From positions 1 through 33,688 of the IMG/VR virus record IMGVR_UViG_3300012909_000001: DNA of 33,688 nucleotides, one strand, 5' to 3'. Below, one piece after another: positions 1 to 9,500 of the stretch; position 1 is the stretch's first letter; the number at the start of each line of letters is the position of its first letter. The DNA comes from a virus (lineage: Duplodnaviria > Heunggongvirae > Uroviricota > Caudoviricetes). The notes under the pieces are model-generated. The model was not told where the DNA came from, did not search any database, and saw nothing but the letters and a program-made list of their open reading frames with translations. A program made the position numbers and the translations under genes.

Positions 1-360
1 AATACCCCACAGGAATTAAGAGATATTGAGACTTTAACTAAATTAGGTCTTGAAGTAATTAATCCTAATATACCTGAAGTACAGGCTGAAGTTGAGAAGT
101 TCAAAGTAACTTTTGGACCAACTTATAATCAGAACTACATGGTAATGTTTGAAGAAGTATTCTTTAAAAGAATAAGAGATTGTGAAGTCTTTGCTTTTAG
201 AGGATTACCTGATGGCAGAATACCTGGAGGAGTAGCTATGGAATTAAAAGTAGCACAAGATGAAGATAAGATAATCATTGAACTTCCTTGTGGTACTCAT
301 TCCAGGAAAATGGATGCAGACTCAACAAAAGAATACTTAAGAGATATAGGTGAAAGATAA
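1..360 (+). CDS. 5'-truncated protein, possibly nucleoside 2-deoxyribosyltransferase-like (NDT/DUF4406-type) fold
   Basis: Frame 1 is open from base 1 (NTPQELRDIETLTKLGLEVINPN...) to TAA at 358-360, so the tracked start at 139 is probably internal. 'LGLEVINP' and 'CEVFAF...PGGVAMELKVAQDEDKIII' resemble the G.eV.nP and G...E...A....K.v patterns of NDT-like proteins. Confidence 0.5.
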   Translation, partial: NTPQELRDIETLTKLGLEVINPNIPEVQAEVEKFKVTFGPTYNQNYMVMFEEVFFKRIRDCEVFAFRGLPDGRIPGGVAMELKVAQDEDKIIIELPCGTHSRKMDADSTKEYLRDIGER

Positions 361-376
361 TTCAAAATAATTTATT

Positions 377-466
377 ATGAAAAGAAAAGACCAAGATGAT
401 AAACCTTGTCCTAAATGTGGACATGAACCTGGATGGCAATGCTCAGGAGGTTGTGTAGGTAGATAA
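377..466 (+). CDS. 29-aa Cys-rich micro-protein (MKRKDQDDKPCPKCGHEPGWQCSGGCVGR)
   Basis: Not in the ORF track. ATG at 377 after an AT-rich leader, TAA at 464-466 directly before the terminator, with a CxxC-x7-CxxxC pattern. Confidence 0.5.
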   Translation: MKRKDQDDKPCPKCGHEPGWQCSGGCVGR

Positions 467-467
467 T

Positions 468-507
468 AAAAAAGGAAGCACTTAATTGGGCTTCCTTTTT
501 TCTTTTT
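468..507. terminator. Bidirectional intrinsic terminator between convergent modules
   Basis: AAAAAAGGAAGC (468-479) and GCTTCCTTTTTT (490-501) form an inverted repeat with a T tract on each strand. It lies between stops at 466 (+) and 509 (-). Confidence 0.85.
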
Positions 508-508
508 A

Positions 509-3500
509 TTACCTTGAAGAGAACTCATCTTTCATTATCTCGTAGATTTCATCATCTTCATATCCTTCATTCTTTAACTCCTCTTTTCTGTCATCTCTTT
601 CTTCTTTAGTGACTTTTCTCTTTCTTCTTACAGATTTACCATCTTCTCCTTCTTTAATAAGTTCCATTACTTCTTTGTAAGTCATATCTTTAGATTTAGT
701 TGGAACCTCATCTCTCATTCTTTTTCTAAGCTCTTTTTCATACTTAGCAGGAGTTAAATCTTTTTCATCAAGTTCAGCTTTAATTTCCTTTTCTTTATCT
801 TCTCTGAATTTCTTAAGAGCTGCTTTAGGTCCACCACCTTTAATATACTTATCAATCCATGATGTAGTTTCGAATTCTTTCTTATCATACCAAGGCATTT
901 CATCTCTGTTAAGTATTCTTGGAAGAGGAGATACTTTAAATACATTCTCTTTGAAATCTTTCTTAGCATCTGCTGTAGCTATAGTATTCATAAGTTTACC
1001 TGCATCCCAAAGATACTTAAGGAAAGCAAGTCTTTGTACATCAGAACTTAAAGCTTGAGGATTAGTCCAGTTAGATATAGAACCAATCATTCTTGTCAAT
1101 TGATTATCTGCAAAATTATGAAATTCTCTTCTTTTAGATTTTTTATCATCATCATCATCCCATGTTAATTTCTTAATAAGTAGAAGCATTGCCATAAATG
1201 TAAGTTTGATTCCGAGTTCTTTAGCAATAGCTTGTAAATTACCTACTTCTTCAGAAGACATGTTACTATTTTTATAAGCTGTATTCTTTATTTTCAATTT
1301 AGAGTTAACAGCTTCAAGTGGATAGTTAAGAGTTTCTACTACTATAGACTGAGCAAAATCAATGAATTCTTTTGTATTATTAGCTTCTCTTTGTATTCCT
1401 TTTTCTCCACTATATAAGTCATAAAAATATTTGGCAGCAACAAATCCTGTAAGTCCTAATCCAGCTATTGCTGATAGAGGAGTAAGTCCAAATCCAGTAA
1501 ATAAAGTTAAAGCACCACCTGTGATTAAAGCAGGGTTATTCATTGCTAATGTTCTGTATCTACCAGTTTGTTTCTTCTTACCATCATTAATGATATCAAT
1601 ACCTTCTCCTTTAGAGAATCTTTGCATAGCATGTTCTGGCATCCATTTCATGAATAAAGTCATGGCTCTACCCCATATATTCTTAGTAGCATCAATAACA
1701 TCTAAATTATCATAGTTACCCTGAGACCTTGATATAGCATGTTTAATCTTATTCTTAGTCAGAAGATATTGATTATTAGTTAAATCTACTTCATCAATAT
1801 CAAAGTTCTCCCAGTTAGAAATATTTTCTACTGTCCTGAACTCTGGTTTAAGTACAAGCTTTCCATTTATATTATCATAAGCAGGAAACTGTTTACCATC
1901 AAATATAGGTCTCTCATTTCCTCCTATATCTTTTATCTTAGTATCCATAAGTACTGATAAAAGAATAGCACCCTGATTCTTGAACTCAGGATTCTCTACA
2001 GCAAATTGATAGATATTAGTTAATTTCTCATAATCAAACTGAGACTTATCTGCATGTCTTTCAAGCTCATTCTTTCTGTCCTGAATAAGATTCATATTAT
2101 GAACCAGTACTTGTAGCTTCTGAAGCTCTTGTACTTTTTTAGATTGCTCAGGAGTAAATCTTTCAGGTAAGAATTTAATGAAATTAGCAAATGCCATGAA
2201 ATTATTAGCTTCTGCTATATTACCTGACTTCCAGTACTTACCTGTCTTATCCATAACAAGACCTGAATTTTTACCTTCAATCCTGTTAAAGATACCTGAT
2301 ATAGGATTAAGACCAAGACCTTTTACAATAATTACTTTAAGTATACCTTGTATAATACCTGCTGTATTTAAATCAAGACCAAGCTCTTCAATCTTATTCT
2401 CAATATGTTTTTGGAACACAGCTTCGAATTGTTCTTCAGTTAGTTCTTTAATATCTTTCTCAGTTACTACTTCATAGTATTGAGGTCCATCTTCAGTTTG
2501 TTTTTGTACATATCTTACACCATCTACTTTAAAACTTGTATTTATACCTTTGTTATGTCCTATTTCTTTAAGACTTGTAAGATGTTTAAGAAGTTCTTTC
2601 TCATTATCTGTAAGTAAGTGCCCTTTCTTGTTATCTACATATTTCTTGATAAAAGGTATGGTAGACATTTTATTTATCATAGCAGCAAACCATGTTCCCT
2701 TACTCAGATTATCACCTAAGAAAGAAGCAGAGCCTCTGTATTTTTCATTCTCTCCTTTAATTACTCTGGCTACCCAATTCTCAAGCCTCTCAATACTTCT
2801 CTTTCTTTCCTCACCTTTCTCACTTTTTATAAGTTTATGTGAATCCACAATAAGATTAGCAATAGGCATTGTATCTTGTTTAGCTTTTTGCAATGCTGAC
2901 ATTTCAAGTAAAGCTGATGTTACTTTATTTATATCTGTAGAATAACTTTTAAGCACACTGGCTGTAGCTTCTTCTCTTGCCTGAGTATAAGTTCTTCCTT
3001 TTTGTACAAGAGCTTGTGTAAGCTCTGAAATCTCTCTTTTACTTCTGTCAGAATAGTTTTTAGATATACCATCTTTAGTGAAATCTCTACCTCTTTCATA
3101 GAACATTTCTTTAAATGCATGTAAAGACTTAGTAAATAACTTACTTCCTTTCTGTAATTTCTTAGCCTGAGCTATAGTCTCAAGAAACTCATTCTCAAAT
3201 TTAGCATAAGACATATCAGATATATCAGATTCATTATATAATGGATTGATATAATCTGAATAGATTTCTTTCATAAGTTGCCAGTACTCTAATTTATCAG
3301 GGTCCTGAAGTACTTCATTGAAATCTTTGTTATAGTATCCTGAGTCTGCATATATTTCATCACCTGTTGTTGAATCAAATGTTACATATATATCTTTAAT
3401 AGGAGCAAATCTTATATTCTGAACATCAGAATATACTGATTCTGTATTAATACCACCAGCTCTAAAGTTTACTTTCTCTGCTGAGTTAGGTGAGTTATAA

Positions 3501-6500
3501 TTAGATATGAAAGCCCAAGGGTCTACCTTAGCTACATCTCTGTGTCTGAATCTATTGTTTGTATCAGATAGTAATGATTCTTTCTGTATTTGTAAATTCT
3601 CAAGACTATTAAGTACTTTACTTATTTCTTCTTCATATAATGGACCAAGCATATCTCCAAGATAGTTCTCATATCTTAGCATTTCTGCTTCTGAAAACTT
3701 AAAGTGTTCTCCATACATATCTTCATACAAATCTTTTACAGATTTTATCTTTCTGAAATCAATAACTTCAGTATTTTTTTTAAGCCATTCTACTTTATCT
3801 TTGTATTTCTGTTCATCAGTTAAATCAGAATTAGAATTGATTTTTTTATATTCATAAAGTTTTTTGTTGAAAGCAGGAGAGATAACATTTATAATATTAC
3901 CTGTCTTATTTCCAGCTTCTGATTTTTCAAATATAAAGTCAAATCCTTTCTTATCCAGCTTTCTTATAGATAAAGCAAGTTTATCCTGGAATGTTTTAAC
4001 CTCAGCTTCTCTTAAAGCTACTTTAGTTTCCAGTGTAGATTTAAGTACTTGTGTAAACACACCATCATCTGTTGATGATGAAGTAATACCAAGAAAGGTT
4101 TTCTCAAGCCAGTTAATATCTTTTTTGTTTTCAAACATAGATGCTATATCTTCTGTTGTGAGAGCTTTGTTATTAATTACATTATTAACATAACTAATAT
4201 CAGATTCAAGTATTACATCTCTTAACTGATTAAGCTTATCTTTGTATTTCAGATTCAATTCATCTACTGCTAAAGATACTTTAGCAAAATCAGGATGATT
4301 ATAAGAAGCCAGAGTCTCTCTGTTAGGTTGTACTTTATTATCAAGAGATACTCCCTTTACAAGCTGATACAGAAATTCAAGTCTGTCTTTTATTTCATCC
4401 ATATCAAACTTATTATCTTTATATGAAGCATTATCAAGTACTTTGTTTAAATCTGTGATATCAGAATCAATAGCATGAAACATAAGATTAATATCATTCT
4501 TATTTAAAGAATCAATATCATTTTTGATTTTAGCTTCTATATTAGTAAGTCTGTCAATCTGAATAGCAATAGTTGATATATTTTTCTTTGGATTTCTTCT
4601 ATCTTTATATAAAGTCTTAAGAGCCTGTTTTACTTTAGTAAGTTGAGATTCTTTATAATTTTTATATTCAATGAAATTATCTGTAACAGGTTTAGTTACT
4701 TCTCTTTGTTCAAATCTTGAAAAAGAAAATTCATTAGAATCTTGTATGGCTTTTTGATTATCTAATTTTACTTCAAACCAACCATTACCATATTCATCAG
4801 TAGTTCTAATAGGATTATAACCTTGCTTCTTTAATATATTCTGAACTTGATTTTCATAAAAATTATATATAGGTTTTAATGCACCAAATCCTTGAGGGCC
4901 TTCTACATTTTCAAGTTCTTGTTTAAGTTGATTAATTTCATTTTGTTGAGAATCAGATAATTCAAGAGCATTATCAAATTTATTAGCTTTTAATATTTTA
5001 ATAGTATCATGCTTTCCTAGTGATTGACCATGTTTCCAATTATCATTATAGTCAGATTCACTCACAAGATTAAAACTTTTATCAGTTACTACTAAATATG
5101 CATCACCTATATCTGTACCAGGAATAAAATATTCACCATTTTTAACAACTTCTGGATATTGTTTTATTTGTTTTATTCTATCTTCTTTTTGTCTTTTAAA
5201 TTCTTCTAAAGTAGTATGACCTTCAACTTTACTAGCAGTATCTCCAGATGGAAATAAAACTTTTTCATATCCTTTTTTGGCAGAATCTTGAATAATAGAT
5301 TTAACAAAAAATGTTACCCAGTTATTATCTTTGTTTAAAAGTTGTAGAAATTTATTAGAAGTAGTATCAGGTAAAATATTACCACTATCTGCTGGTGGCA
5401 TTAAAGGATTAGGTTGAATTCTTTCAATTCTATTTTTATCTAAATTATCTTTATCTCTACCTTTCTGAAATAAATCAGATTGTAGTTCAAGTATTCTTCT
5501 TGTTTTTAATTCATCAGCACTTTTAGCTAATTCATCAAAAACATTCATAGGTTCACCTCTTTCTATTCTATTATTTACATCAGCAGAAGTTAATTCATCA
5601 CTTCTAAACCATCCAATACCATTATCAGTACTAAATTGAGCATGGCCTTTAATAGATGGAATAATTAGTGGAGTAGATATTTCTTGTTCTGTATAGTTAG
5701 CACCACCTGGAACTGTTAAGTTTGAATAATAACTGCTATTTTTTGAGTTATCTAAAAGTTTTCTGGTATTATCAAATTCTTCTTGTGTAATGTAAATATA
5801 ATCTTCTCTGTCATAAGAGTCATTTTCTGGGTCTGTTCCTTTAACTTTATAATATCTAAGTTCTTCAGATACTGGATTTTGAAGATTTTCATATGTATAA
5901 CCATCATGTACAAAATATGCACCTTCTTGATAATCTATATATTTTTTATCTTTAGTAATATCAACTTTAATGGTATAACTATAATTAGAAGCTAAATCTA
6001 AAAGAATATCTTCTCTGTTAGTTTTACCTGAATCAAATATTAATTGCTTTTGTTCTTTAGGAATACTAAGCTCTGTTAGTATTTTATCTAATGACCAGTT
6101 ATTTCTCTCTCCTTTATTAAATATTTCTACAGCTCTGTTAGAAGAAAGTATCTCTACAGCTTTTAATTTATAAGCTACTCCTTCATATTTAGAGAATGAT
6201 TCATCAGATTGATTCTGTAAACTCATAGCAGAAGCAAGCTTTCTTGATGGATGTATATTTAATTCAACACCATCTTTCATTTGGTTTAATGAAACTACAG
6301 TACCATACTGAGTAGCATGATACTGTGAGTTATATTGGCTTTCTATTTTTTTAACTTTACCATATAGAGAAGACTTAGATGGATTATTGGCATCATATGG
6401 AATGAAGCCAGCCAATCTGTCTGAGTACTTTGTAAACTTGATGTTATCAAATTTATCTAATAGTTCATTTTTTATTCTGTTCTGAATATCTTTTTCTGTA

Positions 6501-6514
6501 ACCTCACACGCCAT
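509..6514 (-). CDS. 2001-aa putative virion ejection/cargo protein with an N-terminal enzyme-like (E-x-QSD) domain and C-terminal hydrophobic segments
   Basis: Long ORF adjacent to the vRNAP, largely helical and charged. TM-like stretches near the C-terminus (LITGGALTLFTGFGLTPLSAIAGLGLTGFVAAKYF; IKLTFMAMLLLIKKL). The position matches the large co-ejected proteins that flank crAss-like vRNAP genes. Confidence 0.75.
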   Translation of the reverse strand: MACEVTEKDIQNRIKNELLDKFDNIKFTKYSDRLAGFIPYDANNPSKSSLYGKVKKIESQYNSQYHATQYGTVVSLNQMKDGVELNIHPSRKLASAMSLQNQSDESFSKYEGVAYKLKAVEILSSNRAVEIFNKGERNNWSLDKILTELSIPKEQKQLIFDSGKTNREDILLDLASNYSYTIKVDITKDKKYIDYQEGAYFVHDGYTYENLQNPVSEELRYYKVKGTDPENDSYDREDYIYITQEEFDNTRKLLDNSKNSSYYSNLTVPGGANYTEQEISTPLIIPSIKGHAQFSTDNGIGWFRSDELTSADVNNRIERGEPMNVFDELAKSADELKTRRILELQSDLFQKGRDKDNLDKNRIERIQPNPLMPPADSGNILPDTTSNKFLQLLNKDNNWVTFFVKSIIQDSAKKGYEKVLFPSGDTASKVEGHTTLEEFKRQKEDRIKQIKQYPEVVKNGEYFIPGTDIGDAYLVVTDKSFNLVSESDYNDNWKHGQSLGKHDTIKILKANKFDNALELSDSQQNEINQLKQELENVEGPQGFGALKPIYNFYENQVQNILKKQGYNPIRTTDEYGNGWFEVKLDNQKAIQDSNEFSFSRFEQREVTKPVTDNFIEYKNYKESQLTKVKQALKTLYKDRRNPKKNISTIAIQIDRLTNIEAKIKNDIDSLNKNDINLMFHAIDSDITDLNKVLDNASYKDNKFDMDEIKDRLEFLYQLVKGVSLDNKVQPNRETLASYNHPDFAKVSLAVDELNLKYKDKLNQLRDVILESDISYVNNVINNKALTTEDIASMFENKKDINWLEKTFLGITSSSTDDGVFTQVLKSTLETKVALREAEVKTFQDKLALSIRKLDKKGFDFIFEKSEAGNKTGNIINVISPAFNKKLYEYKKINSNSDLTDEQKYKDKVEWLKKNTEVIDFRKIKSVKDLYEDMYGEHFKFSEAEMLRYENYLGDMLGPLYEEEISKVLNSLENLQIQKESLLSDTNNRFRHRDVAKVDPWAFISNYNSPNSAEKVNFRAGGINTESVYSDVQNIRFAPIKDIYVTFDSTTGDEIYADSGYYNKDFNEVLQDPDKLEYWQLMKEIYSDYINPLYNESDISDMSYAKFENEFLETIAQAKKLQKGSKLFTKSLHAFKEMFYERGRDFTKDGISKNYSDRSKREISELTQALVQKGRTYTQAREEATASVLKSYSTDINKVTSALLEMSALQKAKQDTMPIANLIVDSHKLIKSEKGEERKRSIERLENWVARVIKGENEKYRGSASFLGDNLSKGTWFAAMINKMSTIPFIKKYVDNKKGHLLTDNEKELLKHLTSLKEIGHNKGINTSFKVDGVRYVQKQTEDGPQYYEVVTEKDIKELTEEQFEAVFQKHIENKIEELGLDLNTAGIIQGILKVIIVKGLGLNPISGIFNRIEGKNSGLVMDKTGKYWKSGNIAEANNFMAFANFIKFLPERFTPEQSKKVQELQKLQVLVHNMNLIQDRKNELERHADKSQFDYEKLTNIYQFAVENPEFKNQGAILLSVLMDTKIKDIGGNERPIFDGKQFPAYDNINGKLVLKPEFRTVENISNWENFDIDEVDLTNNQYLLTKNKIKHAISRSQGNYDNLDVIDATKNIWGRAMTLFMKWMPEHAMQRFSKGEGIDIINDGKKKQTGRYRTLAMNNPALITGGALTLFTGFGLTPLSAIAGLGLTGFVAAKYFYDLYSGEKGIQREANNTKEFIDFAQSIVVETLNYPLEAVNSKLKIKNTAYKNSNMSSEEVGNLQAIAKELGIKLTFMAMLLLIKKLTWDDDDDKKSKRREFHNFADNQLTRMIGSISNWTNPQALSSDVQRLAFLKYLWDAGKLMNTIATADAKKDFKENVFKVSPLPRILNRDEMPWYDKKEFETTSWIDKYIKGGGPKAALKKFREDKEKEIKAELDEKDLTPAKYEKELRKRMRDEVPTKSKDMTYKEVMELIKEGEDGKSVRRKRKVTKEERDDRKEELKNEGYEDDEIYEIMKDEFSSR
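4760..5730 (-). other. Discrete domain in the 2001-aa protein (GGANY...GWFRSD...LELQSDLFQ...W..FVK..I..SAKKGYEKV.FP...FYE), possibly a divergent GNAT fold
   Basis: The motif string is visible in the translation and resembles a recurrent domain of large phage virion proteins. The strand/helix order fits GNAT motifs A and B, with an ~110-aa insert. The fold call is inference. Confidence 0.4.
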
Positions 6515-6534
6515 AACTTATTTTTTTGAATGTA

Positions 6535-6542
6535 CAAAGATA
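6535..6542 (-). promoter_or_regulatory. Bacteroidota sigma70 -7 element (TATCTTTG) upstream of the 2001-aa gene
   Basis: Minus-strand TATCTTTG matches TAnnTTTG in the 38-bp intergenic gap, 20 nt before the ATG. No TTG -33 element at 19-nt spacing. Confidence 0.5.
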
Positions 6543-6552
6543 CATATTTTTA

Positions 6553-9500
6553 TTAACATTTCTTAATCTCTGGTAATCTTGATTGAGAGAATTTTTCTCC
6601 CATCTCTGTTTGTATTTTGGAGGGTTTAATTTCTAATCCTATTTCCTGAGCATATTTATATAAAGCTGAAGCAATACCTTTTCTTCTAAAGTTTTGGTTT
6701 ATAAATATATTATTAGAATAATATTTACCATCTGTATCTTTCCAAAAACTTACAGTGCCTACTGTTTGGCCTTCTCTTTTTACTGATAGAGATAACTTAT
6801 CTTTATTACTTCTTTGTTCAGGGTTATCTATTTTTCCATTTATACCATCATATATCTCAAAATCAAATTTATCCCCATCTTTACTATAAAATTCTCTACC
6901 TGAAAACTCTTCTTGTGGACCACCTGTTTCAAATGTTCCACTATTGAATTTATTAAGGAAATTATCTATTGAGAAGTCTTCCTGTTTCATTTCTTGTATC
7001 TCATTAACCTCTATAGTTTGTACATTTATATTTGTATTACTTAAAAGTTCAAATACTGTATTTCTTGTAGCATCTGAATATGTACTTCCTGTTATAAATC
7101 TAATCATGGAAGCAATAGCATCTTTAAAGTGGTCTAGTAAAGTCTTACCATTATGCATTATATTATCAAGTGTGTTGGTAAAATCTTCTGATACAAATAC
7201 TCCTGCTGTAAACTCATATAAGTTCTTAGTATAGTATTCATTTGGTAACTTCTGCTTAGCTATATTATGAAGAGCTACAAGCTTATCTATAAACACAGGA
7301 GTATTTTCTCCAGGAGTATAAACATCATCTGTCATAGTACCATATTTGTCTAATTGACTTATTGTTATACTATGTATAATCTCTTCAAGAAGAATTTCTT
7401 CAACCACACTATTCAGATTATCTGCATTGATACCTTTCTTCATCATAAGCTCTGATATAAGATTAGGATTCAGATAGATTGTATTATCAGTCTTTCTGTA
7501 AACTCCTGTACTTAAATCTCCTTTAGATGTCATTACAGCTTCAATCTTAACTTTAGTTGTATTGTCTATATAAGGAGTAAGTTGTTCTGCAAACTCTCTG
7601 TATTTACTATTAGGAGAATTATATAATTGCTCCATCAGAGAAGTAATACCTTTAGACAAATCAAGAACCTGGTCCAGAACTAAAGCAGGTGTTGCCTGTA
7701 TAGCTCCTGAATTATTCACAACTGTAGTATCTTTACCAACTTCAGGATATATAATAGATTTCTGATTTGAGTTATTTGGATTGTATTCATTAAATCCAAA
7801 TGTACCAAGTACAGGAATTTGTACATATTTATCTCCATCCCATTGGAATAGTTTGTATTGATTATCTGAAAGCTTAATACTTGTATCTCTCATAGCAATG
7901 AACTGATAAGCATTATCTCTTAGTGAGAATTCAGTAAGCTCATTGAAGAATCTTATTTTGTTTATCTCTTCTTTACTTGCATTGTATCTGTTTCTTTCTT
8001 TATTAGCTTCAAGATTAACCATAGCAAACTCTTCTATGTTTGTATTCACAGGAGAGAAGATTCTGGCTTCCTCAGGATTATGCTGATAGAACTGTTTAAT
8101 GAAGTTCTCCATCAAATTAGATATATTCCAACCTGCTCTGCTTCTGTTTATATTTCTGATATTCTCAGATACTCCTGCTGCTGTTAAATATTTAACATTA
8201 ACAAAGTCTCTGAATCCAATAGCTCCATTTTCATTATTAGCAAGATAAGCATATGATGCTAAGTCTTGAGCTAACTTTCTTGGAGTCATTGGCTCACCAT
8301 TAAATGTACCTAAATCAGTTTTATCATCCTGGATTAATTCCATAAATGAATTATACTTATCTGTTTTATCAAAATTAGTATTGAAATCAGTTTGATGCTT
8401 AATAATAGATGGTGCTCCTGTTGTCTGGATTCCATCAAATTGTAAAGCTTTCAAAAGCTCATTAGTATACATAAGAGGATATCTCTTAGATACTTTGAGA
8501 TTATTCATATAACTTGCAAGAGATTCATTATCATCTCTGTCAAAGAATAGTCTTTCTCTCTCTGCTGATACATCTCCCTGGAATAATCCTATGTTATTAG
8601 TAGAGTATAAATAATCTTTCATAGATGAAACTACTCTGTATTGCAGGTCCATCTTTTGTTTCTTACCTAAGTCTTTACCTTTGTTCTCAATAATACTATC
8701 TATATAATCAGTAATAAATTGCTGTTTATATGGGAAGTTAATATCCATTATATCCTCTGCTGAAGATACTGATTGTATAAGTACAGTACCTTCAGTTGTA
8801 GTAGGTTTGATATAGAAATCTCCAACTAATGTATAATCATTCTTATCCACAGGAGGATTTTCCTGAAAGTCATCTTTATGAATGAATTTACCAACAAGGT
8901 CTTTCACATTACTGATTTCTTCTTCATATCCCATATCATTAATACCTTGTATTCTTTCAAGTACATTGAAATAAGATATACCTAACCCTGATGTAGAAAG
9001 ATTAATAAGAGATTGGTATTTACCAAGATGCTTAGCTTCTTCTTCTAATCTGAAGAATTTCTGAAGTGTAGCAAGTTGTATACCACCATCCCATGTTTTT
9101 AAATCTTCCTGGTTGATAAGATTATCATACAGAGCATCACCTGTCATTCTTGCAGAAGCTAACTGGTAATCTACTTCATTCATAAACTCAGTTCTGTTGA
9201 AGTTACCTTGCTCATCTCTTGATACTTTAATACCTTGACCAAATTCCTGTATAAGTTTACCTATAATAGTTTGTTCTGCATTAGAGTCAAACTCTGATGT
9301 AATAGATTTATTTTGTTCTTTAAGTTCTACATATCTTCTTAAAATAGGTTGAGAGATGAATAGAGATGGTAACTGTACACTTGATGGATTATTAGTATCC
9401 CTCTTAGTAAAGTTAGCCATATCAAATCCTCTGAATGTTAATTGTATTAATACATTCATTGTATAAGGATTTTCATTCCTTTTACCCATAATCTGAGCTT

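Noticed and set aside
337-528. 63-aa minus-strand ORF
   Set aside because: It runs through the terminator and overlaps genes on both sides, and its sequence is uninformative.
1141-1160. Short (TCA)n repeat
   Set aside because: It simply encodes the DDDDD run in WDDDDDKK.
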